Assembly (NCBI GenBank): GCA_051530055.1
Contig: CM121341.1
Location: forward strand, 10,952,784-11,016,783
Length of the DNA stretch: 64,000 bases
Direction of reading: 5' to 3'
From: Neoechinorhynchus agilis
Lineage: Eukaryota; Animalia; Acanthocephala
Shown piece by piece: positions 25,446-37,200 of the stretch (positions are counted from its first letter, which is position 1; each line of letters opens with the position of its first letter). Both the position numbers and the translations under genes were made by a program. The notes beneath the pieces were generated by a model that was not told the origin of the DNA, ran no database searches, and saw only the letters and a program-made list of their open reading frames with translations.

Positions 25446-26295
25446 TTCACCCTGAAACAGGGCTGATGTAAAACATCAAATTTCTCCGACCGCCGAAAGT
25501 GCTAATTCACATCAACAGGAAAAAAAGAAATATATACATGCGGTTGGGAAAATCAGATTTTCATCCATCGATTTCAAAGTGTTGATCAGCAATGTGTTAG
25601 GCGCCAACCTGCTTGAACCAAGGTACAAGTTTATTTAATGTTTTATTCAATTGCTTTTGTTCATTAAAAATCTCAAACTTTGATATTGCGTTATGACTTC
25701 ACTTATCATCCATAGGTTTACCCTTCTATTTAGCTTTTATACTAAAGTAAAGCGATATCCATTAATTGAAGGGAACTCATTCTACTGTTAATGATTTTGA
25801 CGAAACGTCGTTTATTGTTTTGTACGCGAGAGTGCTGTTTGATTGTTGATTTTTCTTCATATTTTATACAAATTGCATTTTCAATCGCAATTTGTAGTAG
25901 ATAAAAGTGATTTTCTATAAATTCAGACCTATTAACAAAGACGGCAAAGATTGATCATCCTTTGTGTTTGTGACTGCCACCTTTTCTGAGGGATGTTAAC
26001 AACTTCTCACGATTTATCAGGCTACTGATTTTTTTCACAATTGCCCCAAAAACGGAATGACCGGTGCGCGATGAGCCGTTTATGATTAAATCAAGGGAAT
26101 TTAATGAACAAAAAATACATATAGTTATTCTCGCCTTATTTTTTTAAAAAAGATATCAAGCTTTTCGAATGATTAATAAAAAACGCTCATGTTTGCATTC
26201 TTTTTTAAAGATACCTTTTCACGCAAGACGTTGATGAATCAGCGAAGTCGGTTATCGCTTGTAAGTAAATCCACTTTTGTTCCCAAATCGGAGCT

Positions 26296-26847
26296 ATGGC
26301 ACGCTCGTTGCTTTTTGTCCTTTTTCTCGAAATCATCAAATTAGCAGCTCATCCACCACGAAGCATTGAGCCTGAACCGACATACACCGAAACGGAAGAC
26401 GGATGTTTTAAGTATGACGTTTTGATTGAAAGTCTAACTAATTCGTCGTTGAATGTCGATGAGTGTGGCGACCCTCTTCGAATCAGCTCTCAGTTTTGCT
26501 TCCCTTTCGACCTTACAGTGCGAGTCCAAGGATACTTGGCTACAGCAACTATGTGCGTTGAAGTCGACTACGTTCACTATCTTGGATGTGAGAAGTACGT
26601 TCAATACAGCCTAGATCCGAATAAAGCGCCTAAAGTCGTGGAACGCCCCAAAATCACTAATAAACATATTCGTCGAATCACTTCGATTTTCTCAAAAAAC
26701 TTAAGTAGATTTATTAGTAAAAACACAAGCTTCATATCTGAAAATGCACCAAAGACAATTACAATCGATAGAAAACAACGTTGCATCAAAATCAATATCT
26801 ATAAAATGCAGCCCAAGTTGAGCTTCTGGACATCAGTTAGCACATAA
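26296..26847 (+). CDS. Hypothetical secreted protein, 183 aa, six Cys
   Basis: ATG-started 183-codon ORF with a hydrophobic N-terminus (MARSLLFVLFLEIIKLAA). No family recognised. Confidence 0.5.
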   Translation: MARSLLFVLFLEIIKLAAHPPRSIEPEPTYTETEDGCFKYDVLIESLTNSSLNVDECGDPLRISSQFCFPFDLTVRVQGYLATATMCVEVDYVHYLGCEKYVQYSLDPNKAPKVVERPKITNKHIRRITSIFSKNLSRFISKNTSFISENAPKTITIDRKQRCIKINIYKMQPKLSFWTSVST

Positions 26848-27495
26848 TACTCAAAAACAAGGGACGCTATTCTTCAATGATTAGTGAAATTATAACCGAC
26901 TGCTGAACAACTTTGTATAAAACAAAATCAATTGTGATTTGCCCTTCAGTCTAGAAATTAAATATTGTCAGTTTTGTCTTTCATTTGTCGAACAATCAAA
27001 CATACTTGTGCTCTTATATAACCTATTAGGATCGAGCGTTGCCATCTCTTGAGTTGTTTAGAACGGTGTAATCTTCTCTAAAATTTAAACTGCTATTCTA
27101 CAAATTTCTCAAATATCATAACTAACAACTAATAAAAAAATATGTTTCCAGTGTTTTTGATTTCCATTGAGTTGTTTAGAACGGTGTAATCTTTTTGCCT
27201 CTCAGTTGCTAAATAGCATTTCACCCTTTGGTCAATGTCGAATGAAATTTTAACTAAAATTTTACCGCCATTCTACATATTTCTCAAATATGATTTTTAA
27301 AATTGTAAATGGAATTTTTAAGCTTCAAATGCTTATGATTTCTAGTGTTTTATTTCAACTGTGTTAATATTTGATTTTTTATTGATGAAATGCGTAATCA
27401 TTGAAGCCCTTCTTCTAAGATTTCATTTTGTGTTTTATCTGAGTACCCGCAGCGCACTGTGGAACATTTATATAAGTACATTGGGGAGACATTGA

Positions 27496-30400
27496 TTATT
27501 TGTTTACGAGGTCAGAACGACTTTGTTCATTAGAATTTTCTCGCTTAGATCTTCTTGGCACTGATGAGTTTCTCTTTGACGGCCTCCAACACGGAGGTGG
27601 TGAGTACCCAGCCCTTCTAACTTGCTTCCGTAATACTCGATTCACGATCTTAGCATGGCTATCATTTTCGTCTCCATTTCCAATAGATGTTCGAGGCGAC
27701 GCGAGAAGCAGCGAAGGAATAGTCCTCGAGCTTTGCTTCCTAGGTACCAACCCCGTTACTTGAGGATCCGATGGGTTTACTTTGGACAAAATTGATGGAA
27801 ACAGTATGTCCTTTTGATTCTGGTAGTGCTCTATTCTGTCGGTCAAACTGTCCAATTGAAGTCGAATATGACCAAGACGAGTACTGAGTTGATTGACGTC
27901 CGTCACGACGGTATTTATAGTTCTACGCATCTCGGAGATTTGTTGGTTTGGATCATCCGCTTTTTTACGTTCCCTTTCACAGAAATACTCTTCAAGACAC
28001 ATTTCCTCCCATTCGACCAAATCTTCAACTTCACTATCAGACAAATATACTTTGAGGCCTTCGCTGTATGGCTTTGGAACTCCCTTATAGTAACGTTTTA
28101 TAGACTTGTAGATATAATGAAAAGTGCTTAGTAGAACAAAAGGAGGAGGTAGTCGTGATTTGCACTCGTAGTAAGTCACGTTATGGTATCGATGGAACTT
28201 ATAGTAAAGGTCGGATTGAGAGCTGATTCTAGAGAAAGTATTTGTGAATTTGGCTCCAAGAATGTTTAAAAGTAAAAGATTACACAATAGCATGTAGAAT
28301 ACCATTACCACAGCAGTGACCCAGTGTCCATAGGCGCAACCGGGATCGCCGGGTTCTGTACAAGTTGGAACTATAGAATCCGCGTAGACTTCACCGTACA
28401 ACATATAGTATGGCTCTACAAATACAGTGGTTAGTACTGACCAATTGAACCCGGCATTTGGGTACTTTATAGCGTGTCTGAACAATCCGAATCCTGTTAG
28501 ACCAATAAGGACGATCACGGACACCACCCATAGATCACATAAATTCTCTTCGGCTATGTAAATAATTGAAGCGAAACGTTTGGTGACTGCCATCAATGAC
28601 AGGAGTCTAGTGAACCAATAGATGATACATACACAATAAAGTAGGTGTCCGAATTCGAGAAAACCAAGAAGACGAGCCACTAGAGCCATTGAGTGCACGA
28701 TTTCAGCCCCTATAAGACTTAATCGATTGTCGGTCAAAAGAAATGTTATCAATTTAGTCGATGATCGTACTGGATAGTTCAAATACTCAAGCAACATGTC
28801 AACTCCTAAAGATGCGATGTGAATGTTCACGTATATTTCTGGTCCTTTGATCTTATCGTCCATTATGTCGAGAAGCATGTAGTCGAGGAACTCATAAAAC
28901 GAGATTTGGGTCTTTATGAGACACGTAATTATAAAAAGTAAATGAAATTTAAGATATCGATCTCGGAATTTGTGAAATCCTTGCAATCACTAACCATCTT
29001 GAAGTTGAGGTGGTTAAAATCCCTAATTGAAACTTCTATGATTTTCTGAGAAAACTTTTGTTAAACTGTACTTTGTTGGATTAAAGAAATTCTTGCCATT
29101 TTCGAATTTTATTATCAATTCTTATTCTTCGAAATTGACCGACCTATCAATAAAATTCAACAGTCAAATTTTTTATCATGTCGTGAACTAACCCGTCGAA
29201 CCGCCCCGTAAAACAGAGTTCCTCGTTGTAAACGTAGATTAGCAGAAAAATAAAGTATGAGATGAAATTGAGAACATATTTGGTAACCGGAGCGTTAAAG
29301 AACTCATAGAGCTTCTTTTTTATGCCCAATTCTCCTCTTCGTTTCTTGATGAACGGAAGTTTGACTCCAAGTATTTTTACCGGTTTAAGATTTCCAACTA
29401 AACTTCCTTGGCCTGTAATCGTGCTTGTGCAGGACTTTCGTCCATCGCTGGGCTCACTATTGTAGTCTGCAATGTGGATCTTTATGTCGTCTTCATTTAC
29501 GGTAATAAAATCAGCACTGTTCTCGTTGATTGTTTCCAAAGGAGAAAAATCTGGTCTAAAACTATGGTTAATATTGTTGTGATGTTGATTCGTGATTCTA
29601 ACAATTGACGATGAGGTGCTGCGTTCGGAAAGATGTCGGATACGCCTTCGAGATCGGTAATATCGGAAGTTGGGAGCAATTTCTGTGTCGTCTTCATCAT
29701 CGCTTGACGAGCTTTCAGACGACGAAGAGTCTGACGATGTCAACATCTCCTGTTGATGCTCCTCCTCAGTTTGGGCCATTTTCTCGAGTTCGCGCTCTGA
29801 TTTGTACTCAATAAGGACCGCAATTGCAGGAGGGCAAATGATAGAAAAGAACACTTTCCATTCGAGCCATTTTCGTTCGTTCATTCCACCCATCCACAAA
29901 TCGCTTAGCAAAATTTGGCATTCTGGTCGAGCGATAAACTCACGGTGGTGAGCCCTTGCCGCAAGAAACAAGCACGTCCACTCTCCCAAACTCTTTACTT
30001 CATGCAAGATCAATTGATCAGCTCGATCGGGATCTTCAGCGTAACATTTGTCACGAAAATCAAGTCCTAATTGAGCGAACTCTTCTGAATACTGTTTGAA
30101 ATTCTCACCTACGTCAGGTTCAAGCTCATCTTGTTCAGCTTCGTGAGCTAGCGCGTTGTTAAGTTTCATTCCTAGAAGTGCCTTTATCAGTGCTTGTTTA
30201 CCTCGCTCCCAGAAAAACTTTGCCATAATGTGCCGTTTTGTAAGAATGGCCCAGATTAGCAATTCAGTATTGGGATGGGCGAAAGTGATTGGAGCAGCAG
30301 CGAAGTTGCCATTGCCGTACATTTCCCGATAGTTGTGACGGACAATGAATGATTGTCGAGTATAAGTGGAATTGAATCCGAACCCCATTAGTTTCTCCAT

Positions 30401-32021
30401 GACATGCCCAATGTCCTCCAGAGACACGGGCTGCACAAATGGTTTATAATTCTTTTTTAGACCTTTCAGGATCAAATGAAGGGTATCCTTTCTCGACATA
30501 GACTTATTGTAAAGGTCCTCAAGACATGAACTCGTCAAAAATTCATGTTCAGGTAGTCCGTGGTCGAAAAACAACTTGACAGTCGGAATGTTACTTTCGG
30601 TCAGAGCTGTTATAAGACGGTCGTAAATCATTTCTTCGGGCCAAATGGTTTTTACGTTACATATCCGAACTTTAGCCATGGCATATTGATCCCATGACAG
30701 AGCCAGATCGAGTTTAACTGCATCAGACGTTGATATATGATGCAGCAGGACACTGAAAATACATTGATCGAAATCAGTCGTCAGATTATCATCAAATACG
30801 GTGATGAATTGCTTAAGCTTCACACACATGTTTAAATCATTCAAAATGTTTGTTACATGATCGATTCGGAGTTTGTACTCGGTGTGAAGAACTGACATGA
30901 GCGACTCACACATTTCTTTATTTGCCTCATCGTCGTTTTGAACCAAAAGTGAAACCACTTCGGAAAATCCTAAAGATTGTTTGTATGTAACAACAGGAAT
31001 CGGAGGCTTGTATGTGATTCTTTCAATAATCTCCTTAATCACCTTATCGTTGCCTTCAAGTGCTAGAGAAATCACTGGAATATGCTGTCGTATCTCCGAC
31101 ATCAGCATTGGTGATCCAGAAGCAACCACGTGCCGAAGAATACACCTCTCAACGACCTTTCGGAAGAGATTTGTCGACACAGCGTCTGTCCGAGACCCAT
31201 TGTCCACCACAATACTAAATTCTCATTTAGTCTTTAAAGCCAGAACTAAAAATAAGAATTCTGTATCTTAAGAAGAAATGGGTGTGCGATGAATTAAGAG
31301 TGTATTCTTGGCATTGAACATTAGATTTCTTATACCTCAGTGGGTTATAATTGACGGTTTTATCAATTCCGATAAAAGACTCCTTTCCAGAAAGTTGTCC
31401 CCATGGAACAAATCCGATCACGACAGCCCGCTGTCTCAACTTCGGAGAGCTAACGTCGAATACGTTTCCCACTAATCGGCTAACACCAGCGTCAAATCCA
31501 TTAGTGATGAACCACGCTCGTGTAGTCGAAGCGACGTTCAGAATTCCTTTCTCTAAGCATTCCATAGATCGATTTGTCATATCGAAATCAGCGTCGCCGC
31601 CAATCACACTAATGACTAGCTTCGGTAACGGAATGTTCCAAACATGACTAATGATCTTCATAACATGAACAGGTTTAGTATCAAAACTAAGTCTAATATA
31701 TTGAGCAGTCCGTGATCTCGACAATTCGCTTTGGAACTTAATGGTACCAAACGCGTCCGTTGGAGACGACTTTGTGTGTTTTCGAAGTGTCCACCGAACG
31801 TCCGTTGAGCCAAGGCTTACCGCATTGTCCAGTGCATCTTGTGAATGTTCACTTCGTTTGTATCCACATCCACAAAAGTCGGGCTCCGACTCGTTCGAGA
31901 TGAACATGACACAGTTCTCTTTCCGAATGTTTTTGGTGATCCACGCCACTTGTTCGTCCAACGAAAAAGTGCTATTGTCCGCATTAGGGACTTGGATCAT
32001 CTCCTTTTCTTGTGGAATCAT
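27496..32021 (-). CDS. TRPM: TRPM cation channel (TRPM1/3/6/7-like pore), three exons, no enzyme domain
   Basis: MHR motifs (TDAFGTIKF, PKLVISVIGG, AWFITNG, LNSSHTHF, VDNG), ELLIWAIL, LLSDLWMG, KFYxAP-like, YCVCIIYWFTRLL, PYYMLYGEVYADSI, TRP-box-like LYYKFHRY, LPPPF and a coiled coil. Confidence 0.92.
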
Positions 32022-34497
32022 TTGAACTAGCCTGTATCGAGATTTTCAGGTTCAAAGAGAATTCTAACAAAGGACGGTTTGAGTGTTGAGACTCGTGTCC
32101 TGGCTCCCAGTGTATAAGAATGGACGGTATTGCAAAAGGAAAATCTCATAAACGTTTCTCAGCTAAACTTGTTGTTTCGTGGCACTTGTTGGTTTTTATC
32201 TGAACAAGACGGTGTGGTTCAATGAATATGGAAAACGAAGTGCAACAGAAGGTGGATGTTCTGAGAAGAACATAAAGTAAAAGAATGAGACGTAACGGAA
32301 GTACGCACATTCTGTTGGTTCAATCACTAAGAATTCTAGTTTTCACACGTGATTATTAATGCTCTGTGTTAGTCCGAATGCATTTTCTACAATGAGCTAT
32401 TAATAATCACAACTAAATACAACATTATCAATTGTTGAAGGCTAAGCAAAACATTAGAAAATTACGCGATAATTTCCCAAACTTTAGCCTTTTGTAGACC
32501 GTTAAAAACAACCTTCACCTTATTTTCTCTATGGTACTGAATATTCAATCAATCGTCACTTTTGAACTTGACGGCAAACATATTAGTTGTTTGAACAAGA
32601 AAAAGAAGCAAACGTTTTACCTGTACCGCATACTCGGTTCCTGTGTTCAACAAAGAGCTTTAATCATCACCTACATTTTTAAACGCGCCCAATTCCATTA
32701 CGAACATTAAAAATGTATAAATAGCAAATTTTTATAAATATTGGAGCAAAAAGGGGGGGGACATGCGCTTGCTTTTCAATTTGATAACCAAAAGCTATTG
32801 ATTCGCTTGAATCTGTCTTAAAAAACTGGCCTAGTTAACGTTTTATAATGCTTTTTAAATGCTAAGTACAAGAAAGGATTTAACACGATTTAAATGTTTA
32901 TGGTTTGGGAATTATATCCACTAGGTTTTTTTAGAGATCGATTTTCTAGTTCGGAAAAGATCACGACTGAGAGACAGTACCAAAGTTCTGGACTGTTAGT
33001 GGGAGGGGATTAAGCCGTTTGCATTAGATTGCTCTTAAAGGGACTGTAGCGCTAGACTTCAACCGGTGTAATGGTTAAGATGCAGGTATTTCTTAGATCT
33101 ACTCAGAGGTTATGAATTCACCCATTTTTTCTATTAGTAACGTTCGTATCCTTAATTTAAAAGAAAATCTAATGATTTAAACTTTAATGACCGCGTGAAA
33201 CCTCCATTAAAATGAGGATTGAGACGGCGCATTTTGGAGTGCAGGAATGGAAAAATTATTTAAAATGCTTCTCTTTTGAACGTAGTAAACGATAAATGTT
33301 CCGATCCGCTTTTTTATATGGCAATATTCCATTTTTTGAAGCGAAATCTATTTCTTATACTTAAGATTAATATTTCGATAGATTGAAAATATGCCAGTAA
33401 TCATCGAGAGAGAGAGAAAATCCTTGAAGATGGTGGAGTTCAAGAGATGTGGTGGTGATCATAATCCCCATTCCGTGGATAGAAAATATTTTATTGAGAT
33501 ACTTCGAGAGGAGGAAGTCTTATTAATCTATCAACAAACTAAATTGCAAAAAAATAAAATATGTTTTATCCGTTGGATTATGATCACAACATCTCCGATT
33601 TGAAAAGTGAATTTCTTCAACTCATATCATTCATGATTTTAAATTTCGTTGGAACACGTCTTACAGCCGAAGAAAGCCGTCTAAACCTCAATAGATTTCC
33701 ACGTTCCGTTAAAGTCTGAAAAGCCCATTTGAAAATAAAAACGGATTACAGATTCTAGTAATCTAAAGTGCAAAGCATCCAATAAAAGTAACAATTTCTG
33801 CCGTAAGTGATACGGTCCGACGGATTTCAACAAATTAAAAAATGAAGAATTAAGTTAAAGGTAAGTGCTCCATATTCTCTGGAAGACAGGTTTCGAACGT
33901 ATTGATTGATTCCTTTATTTTGGTACTTGTCTAATTGAAAAATATAAACTGTGACTTTCAACTTTATGGATCACAAAAAAGTAAAAGCCCGAAGATAGGA
34001 AGTGATTCAATAAGTTGAAACGTCTACCGTTCTCCCTATTGAAAACACTAACGACTCGGTTAAAACTCTCATTGATAATTTCTCGAGAATTAGTGTTATG
34101 GTGGAAAATGCGGTAGATTTTTTAGCAATGACGTTACTCGTGGAGGTTACACTTTGTTACGAAAAATTAGGTTTTTTTTCACTGAGTTGATGTTGTTTGT
34201 GAGTTTTTATAATAGGTGAAAAATCCAGTCATGGTTTAATATAAGACGAGACTTCTCGAAGAATGTCACTTTAAAAATAGTTAAATTTTGGTCACAAAGA
34301 TTGTTGTGTTTCTCGTTCAAAAATACTTTGTTGAACCTCGAGTCTTAACTTTTAAACTTAAAAGCACAATAAGATTTGTAGTTGATTTATACCGATCGCT
34401 TTATCCATTTTTCTTCACTCTTTAAAAATTTATCAAATGGATTTTATTAATAGTGATTACAATCCTTTTTATTGATATTTGGCGTAATTAAAGAATT

Positions 34498-34587
34498 ATT
34501 ACACTTTCGGTGAGAATAATCCCGGTCATTACATATTTTATTTATTAAATATGTAATGACCGGGATTATTCTCACCGAAAGTGTAAT
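34498..34587. repeat. Perfect 41-bp foldback made of the tail of the hammerhead-bearing repeat family
   Basis: ATTACACTTTCGGTGAGAATAATCCCGGTCATTACATATTT (34498-34538) and its reverse complement (34547-34587). A related arm occurs at 39496-39651 and 22470. Confidence 0.9.
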
Positions 34588-34639
34588 TTTATTATCCCGA
34601 AGGACTTTCTATCGATGGTTAAAGAATTATAGATTAATT

Positions 34640-34680
34640 TAATTAATTTTCGGCCTGAGCGTGGGCCTTCTTCAGATATT
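34640..34680 (-). ncRNA. Minimal hammerhead motif
   Basis: Minus strand AT-CTGAAGA-A-GGCC(CACGCTCA)GGCC-GAA-AATT-A-AT; stem I only 2 bp. Confidence 0.65.
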
Positions 34681-34742
34681 GTTTCGTCTTGAAAATATAA
34701 TTCATTGTTATTTGTTGATAGGAGAGATAAATGAAATTAAGA

Positions 34743-34794
34743 TTTTATTGGATATTTCGATCCACTATCTCGGATCTTCTTCAGCGATCTAAAA
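34743..34794 (-). ncRNA. Minimal hammerhead motif, inverted pLTR copy
   Basis: Reverse complement of the 35281-35332 motif. Confidence 0.7.
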
Positions 34795-35280
34795 CACATA
34801 TAACAGGGATTCTCAATTCACGCGTCACATAACATCCGGCGGGAGTCGCATCCTTAATTTGAAATCAGGTTTATTGCCCTCGAACGTTTCGAACCTATTT
34901 ATAAGGATTCGATGATAATACGTTCGAAACGCCGACCATTGCAAACTAGTGTTGTAGCGGCACTAAAATCTTGCGAACAGGTCTATGTGGGGCAGACCAA
35001 CAATTTCACCCGACGGATGAAGAAGCACGAATCATCAGTTGTTCGCAACACGGACATTAGTTTCGAGGTGGTGGCCCATGCAAAAAACACAGGCCACACT
35101 ATTGATTTTAGTGCCGCTACAACACTAGTTTGCAATGGTCGGCGTTTCGAACGTATTATCATCGAATCCTTATAAATAGGTTCGAAACGTTCGAGGGCAA
35201 TAAACCTGATTTCAAATTAAGGATGCGACTCCCGCCGGATGTTATGAGACGCGATAATTGAGAATCCCTGTGTATATGTG

Positions 35281-35332
35281 TTTTAGATCGCTGAAGAAGA
35301 TCCGAGATAGTGGATCGAAATATCCAATAAAA
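35281..35332 (+). ncRNA. Minimal hammerhead motif in the PLE pLTR
   Basis: CTGAAGA-A-GATCC(GAGATAGT)GGATC-GAA-ATAT-C then CAATAAAA; AUC triplet, imperfect stem I. Confidence 0.72.
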
Positions 35333-36475
35333 TCTTAATCTCATTTATCTCTCCTATCAACAAATAAAATTGTTTCGTCTGTCCAGCCACACCCGAGTTT
35401 TGCAGAAGCTACACTCACCATGTACTATTCTACATACCTGAAGAGGTCTGCATGGAGACGAAAATTCGTACTAATAAATCAGTCATCGGGGAAGTTAATA
35501 AGGTTGCAACTATCAATAAATTGTTAAATCTTAGTGGATGTCACACTTGGTATCATATGGATCAATTTGTTGGCACACCAATCATCTCATTAGCGGTAGA
35601 TTCCATTTCAACCTTTCGCTTATTTGACATATACAGCTGCTTCAAACACTAACAAATCATTCTCGTTTATAAAAAAAACCCAGCACGGTTTATCCGTCAA
35701 TAATATTTCTTGGATAGGTGCTCTGAGATCTCGAAATGTCTAAATTAAGTTTTACGCGGATGCAGCCGTGCTATTACGGAATTCTGAAAATATGCATGCA
35801 GTCTTGTTGGATCGCAATTAAAGACTCACATTTCGTTCGTGTTTTAACGCTGATAATTAATCCGGATACATCCCTTAACATCCATTAACACCACTTTCTC
35901 GGTTCTCAAAAAGTGTATTTCGCTTATTCTTGAAATCTTTTTATTTCAAACTCATAAATTGAAAAGGTGAAGCAATGTATTTTGCGTTTTGAACATATGT
36001 ATATATATTGGCAATTGATAAGTGAACAATTGAGCTTGATTCCTCTGAACACCAATGATGCATATCTATCAACAATAATCTTCAATTTATCGCTAATTCT
36101 CTAATGTTGGATTCCTTGTTAGGGATGTAAATTATTCTTAATTTTTTGCGAATCGCGGATATTTTGAGCTTTTTGTGTTCTGTGTTTTGAATCTATACTC
36201 AACCTTAATCGAATATATCCAAATAAAAGCTAGAATCGGTCAGTGGTCCAGTTAAGCAAAACAAAAATTCTTATACATTATATTAAAATGATACATATTA
36301 AAAACATAAGCTTTCAGATTTGTGTAAGTTATTTTGGTACGCTTGCAATTGAACTTTTAGTCTTTCATTTTCTGACTTTAGATGCGCAATCTCGGAATGT
36401 GCGTTTTCCAACATAATACAAAGTTCCTAGTGATTCAGAATATACGTTTAACGAGTTCAAAAAATAAATATTTAC

Positions 36476-37200
36476 CTGTTCTTTTGGTGGGTTGTTTATA
36501 TATGATTGTATATGTTGAACGCCTTCCTTGAGTTTCTTGAGGTAAATTGAGATTTGCCTGTTAATAAAAACTATTTTGTTTAGTCCTTATGAATTCCGGT
36601 GCCTGTAAACAGTTTCAAACGAACCGGAGAAACCTAGATTTAGAAAATCCCAAAAAACCACTGAAATTTAAAAATGTGAAATACTCGATCAGCATTGGAT
36701 TCTTCGAGCAAATGTCATCGATTGCTAAGATCCTCGACATGCTGATAAAATTGTTTGCAAAAAAGACTCACTCTTTTTCCGTTGGATTTAGTTTCTCTGA
36801 ACACTTCTCAGTATTGATGGCCGCGTCCCGTGCGAACTGTTTAAAATTATCACACTCTAACGTCGTTGTAGTTCCAGCAATTGGTACGGCGGTCATATTA
36901 GACGAGGCATCGATTGAGCACGCTATTTTGGCGCTTGAATCATCTCTAGTAATCGATTCTACATTCAAGGCACGGCATTGTTCAAATGGTTGATGTTTCT
37001 GCTGCATTTGTCTGATTGCATCCCTGGCACTTTTTGTCTTCCTCAAGAAAGCCCCGACTGGTAGTGAATTGCTTCTTCTAGACGACCTAGGTCGCTCCTT
37101 TTCATTAGAGTCCTTTGAACTGAAGAATTTCTCTAGTGCCTGCATGTATTTTACTGCTCTCAAATGCATTTTGCCTTCCTTTTCGTTTTTCACCTGTAGC
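36476..37200 (-). CDS. Exons of an unidentified gene
   Basis: A 430-nt open frame bounded by CTACAG| and |GTGAGT, plus a small exon 36476-36557 bounded by TTAACAG| and |GTAAAT. No family recognised; true ends unknown. Confidence 0.35.

Larger units (their letters stand above)
34690..35368 (+). mobile_element. 5'-truncated Penelope-like element with inverted pseudo-LTR
   Basis: GIY-YIG C-half CEQVYVGQT..RRMKKH..VAHAKNTGHTIDF..IIES. 34707-34968 is inverted relative to 35108-35366. ATTGTTTCGTCT is repeated at 34678-34689 and 35369-35380 (candidate TSD). Confidence 0.85.

Noticed and set aside
29420-29770. Ser/acidic then basic insertion before S1 of TRPM
   Set aside because: A long low-complexity insert at this position is known in TRPM1/3-type channels, so it is not treated as novel.
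27500-31647. Plus-strand ORFs overlapping TRPM (likewise those antisense to NARS1, RBX1, RPS3 and the CRE fragments)
   Set aside because: They are shadow frames of real coding sequence on the opposite strand.
33063-33130. tRNA-like GGTGTAATGGTTAAGA segment
   Set aside because: The B box is degenerate and there is no acceptor or anticodon stem pairing; at most a decayed SINE head.
33391-33603. 70-aa ORF upstream of TRPM
   Set aside because: No recognisable motif, homologous copy or splice context.
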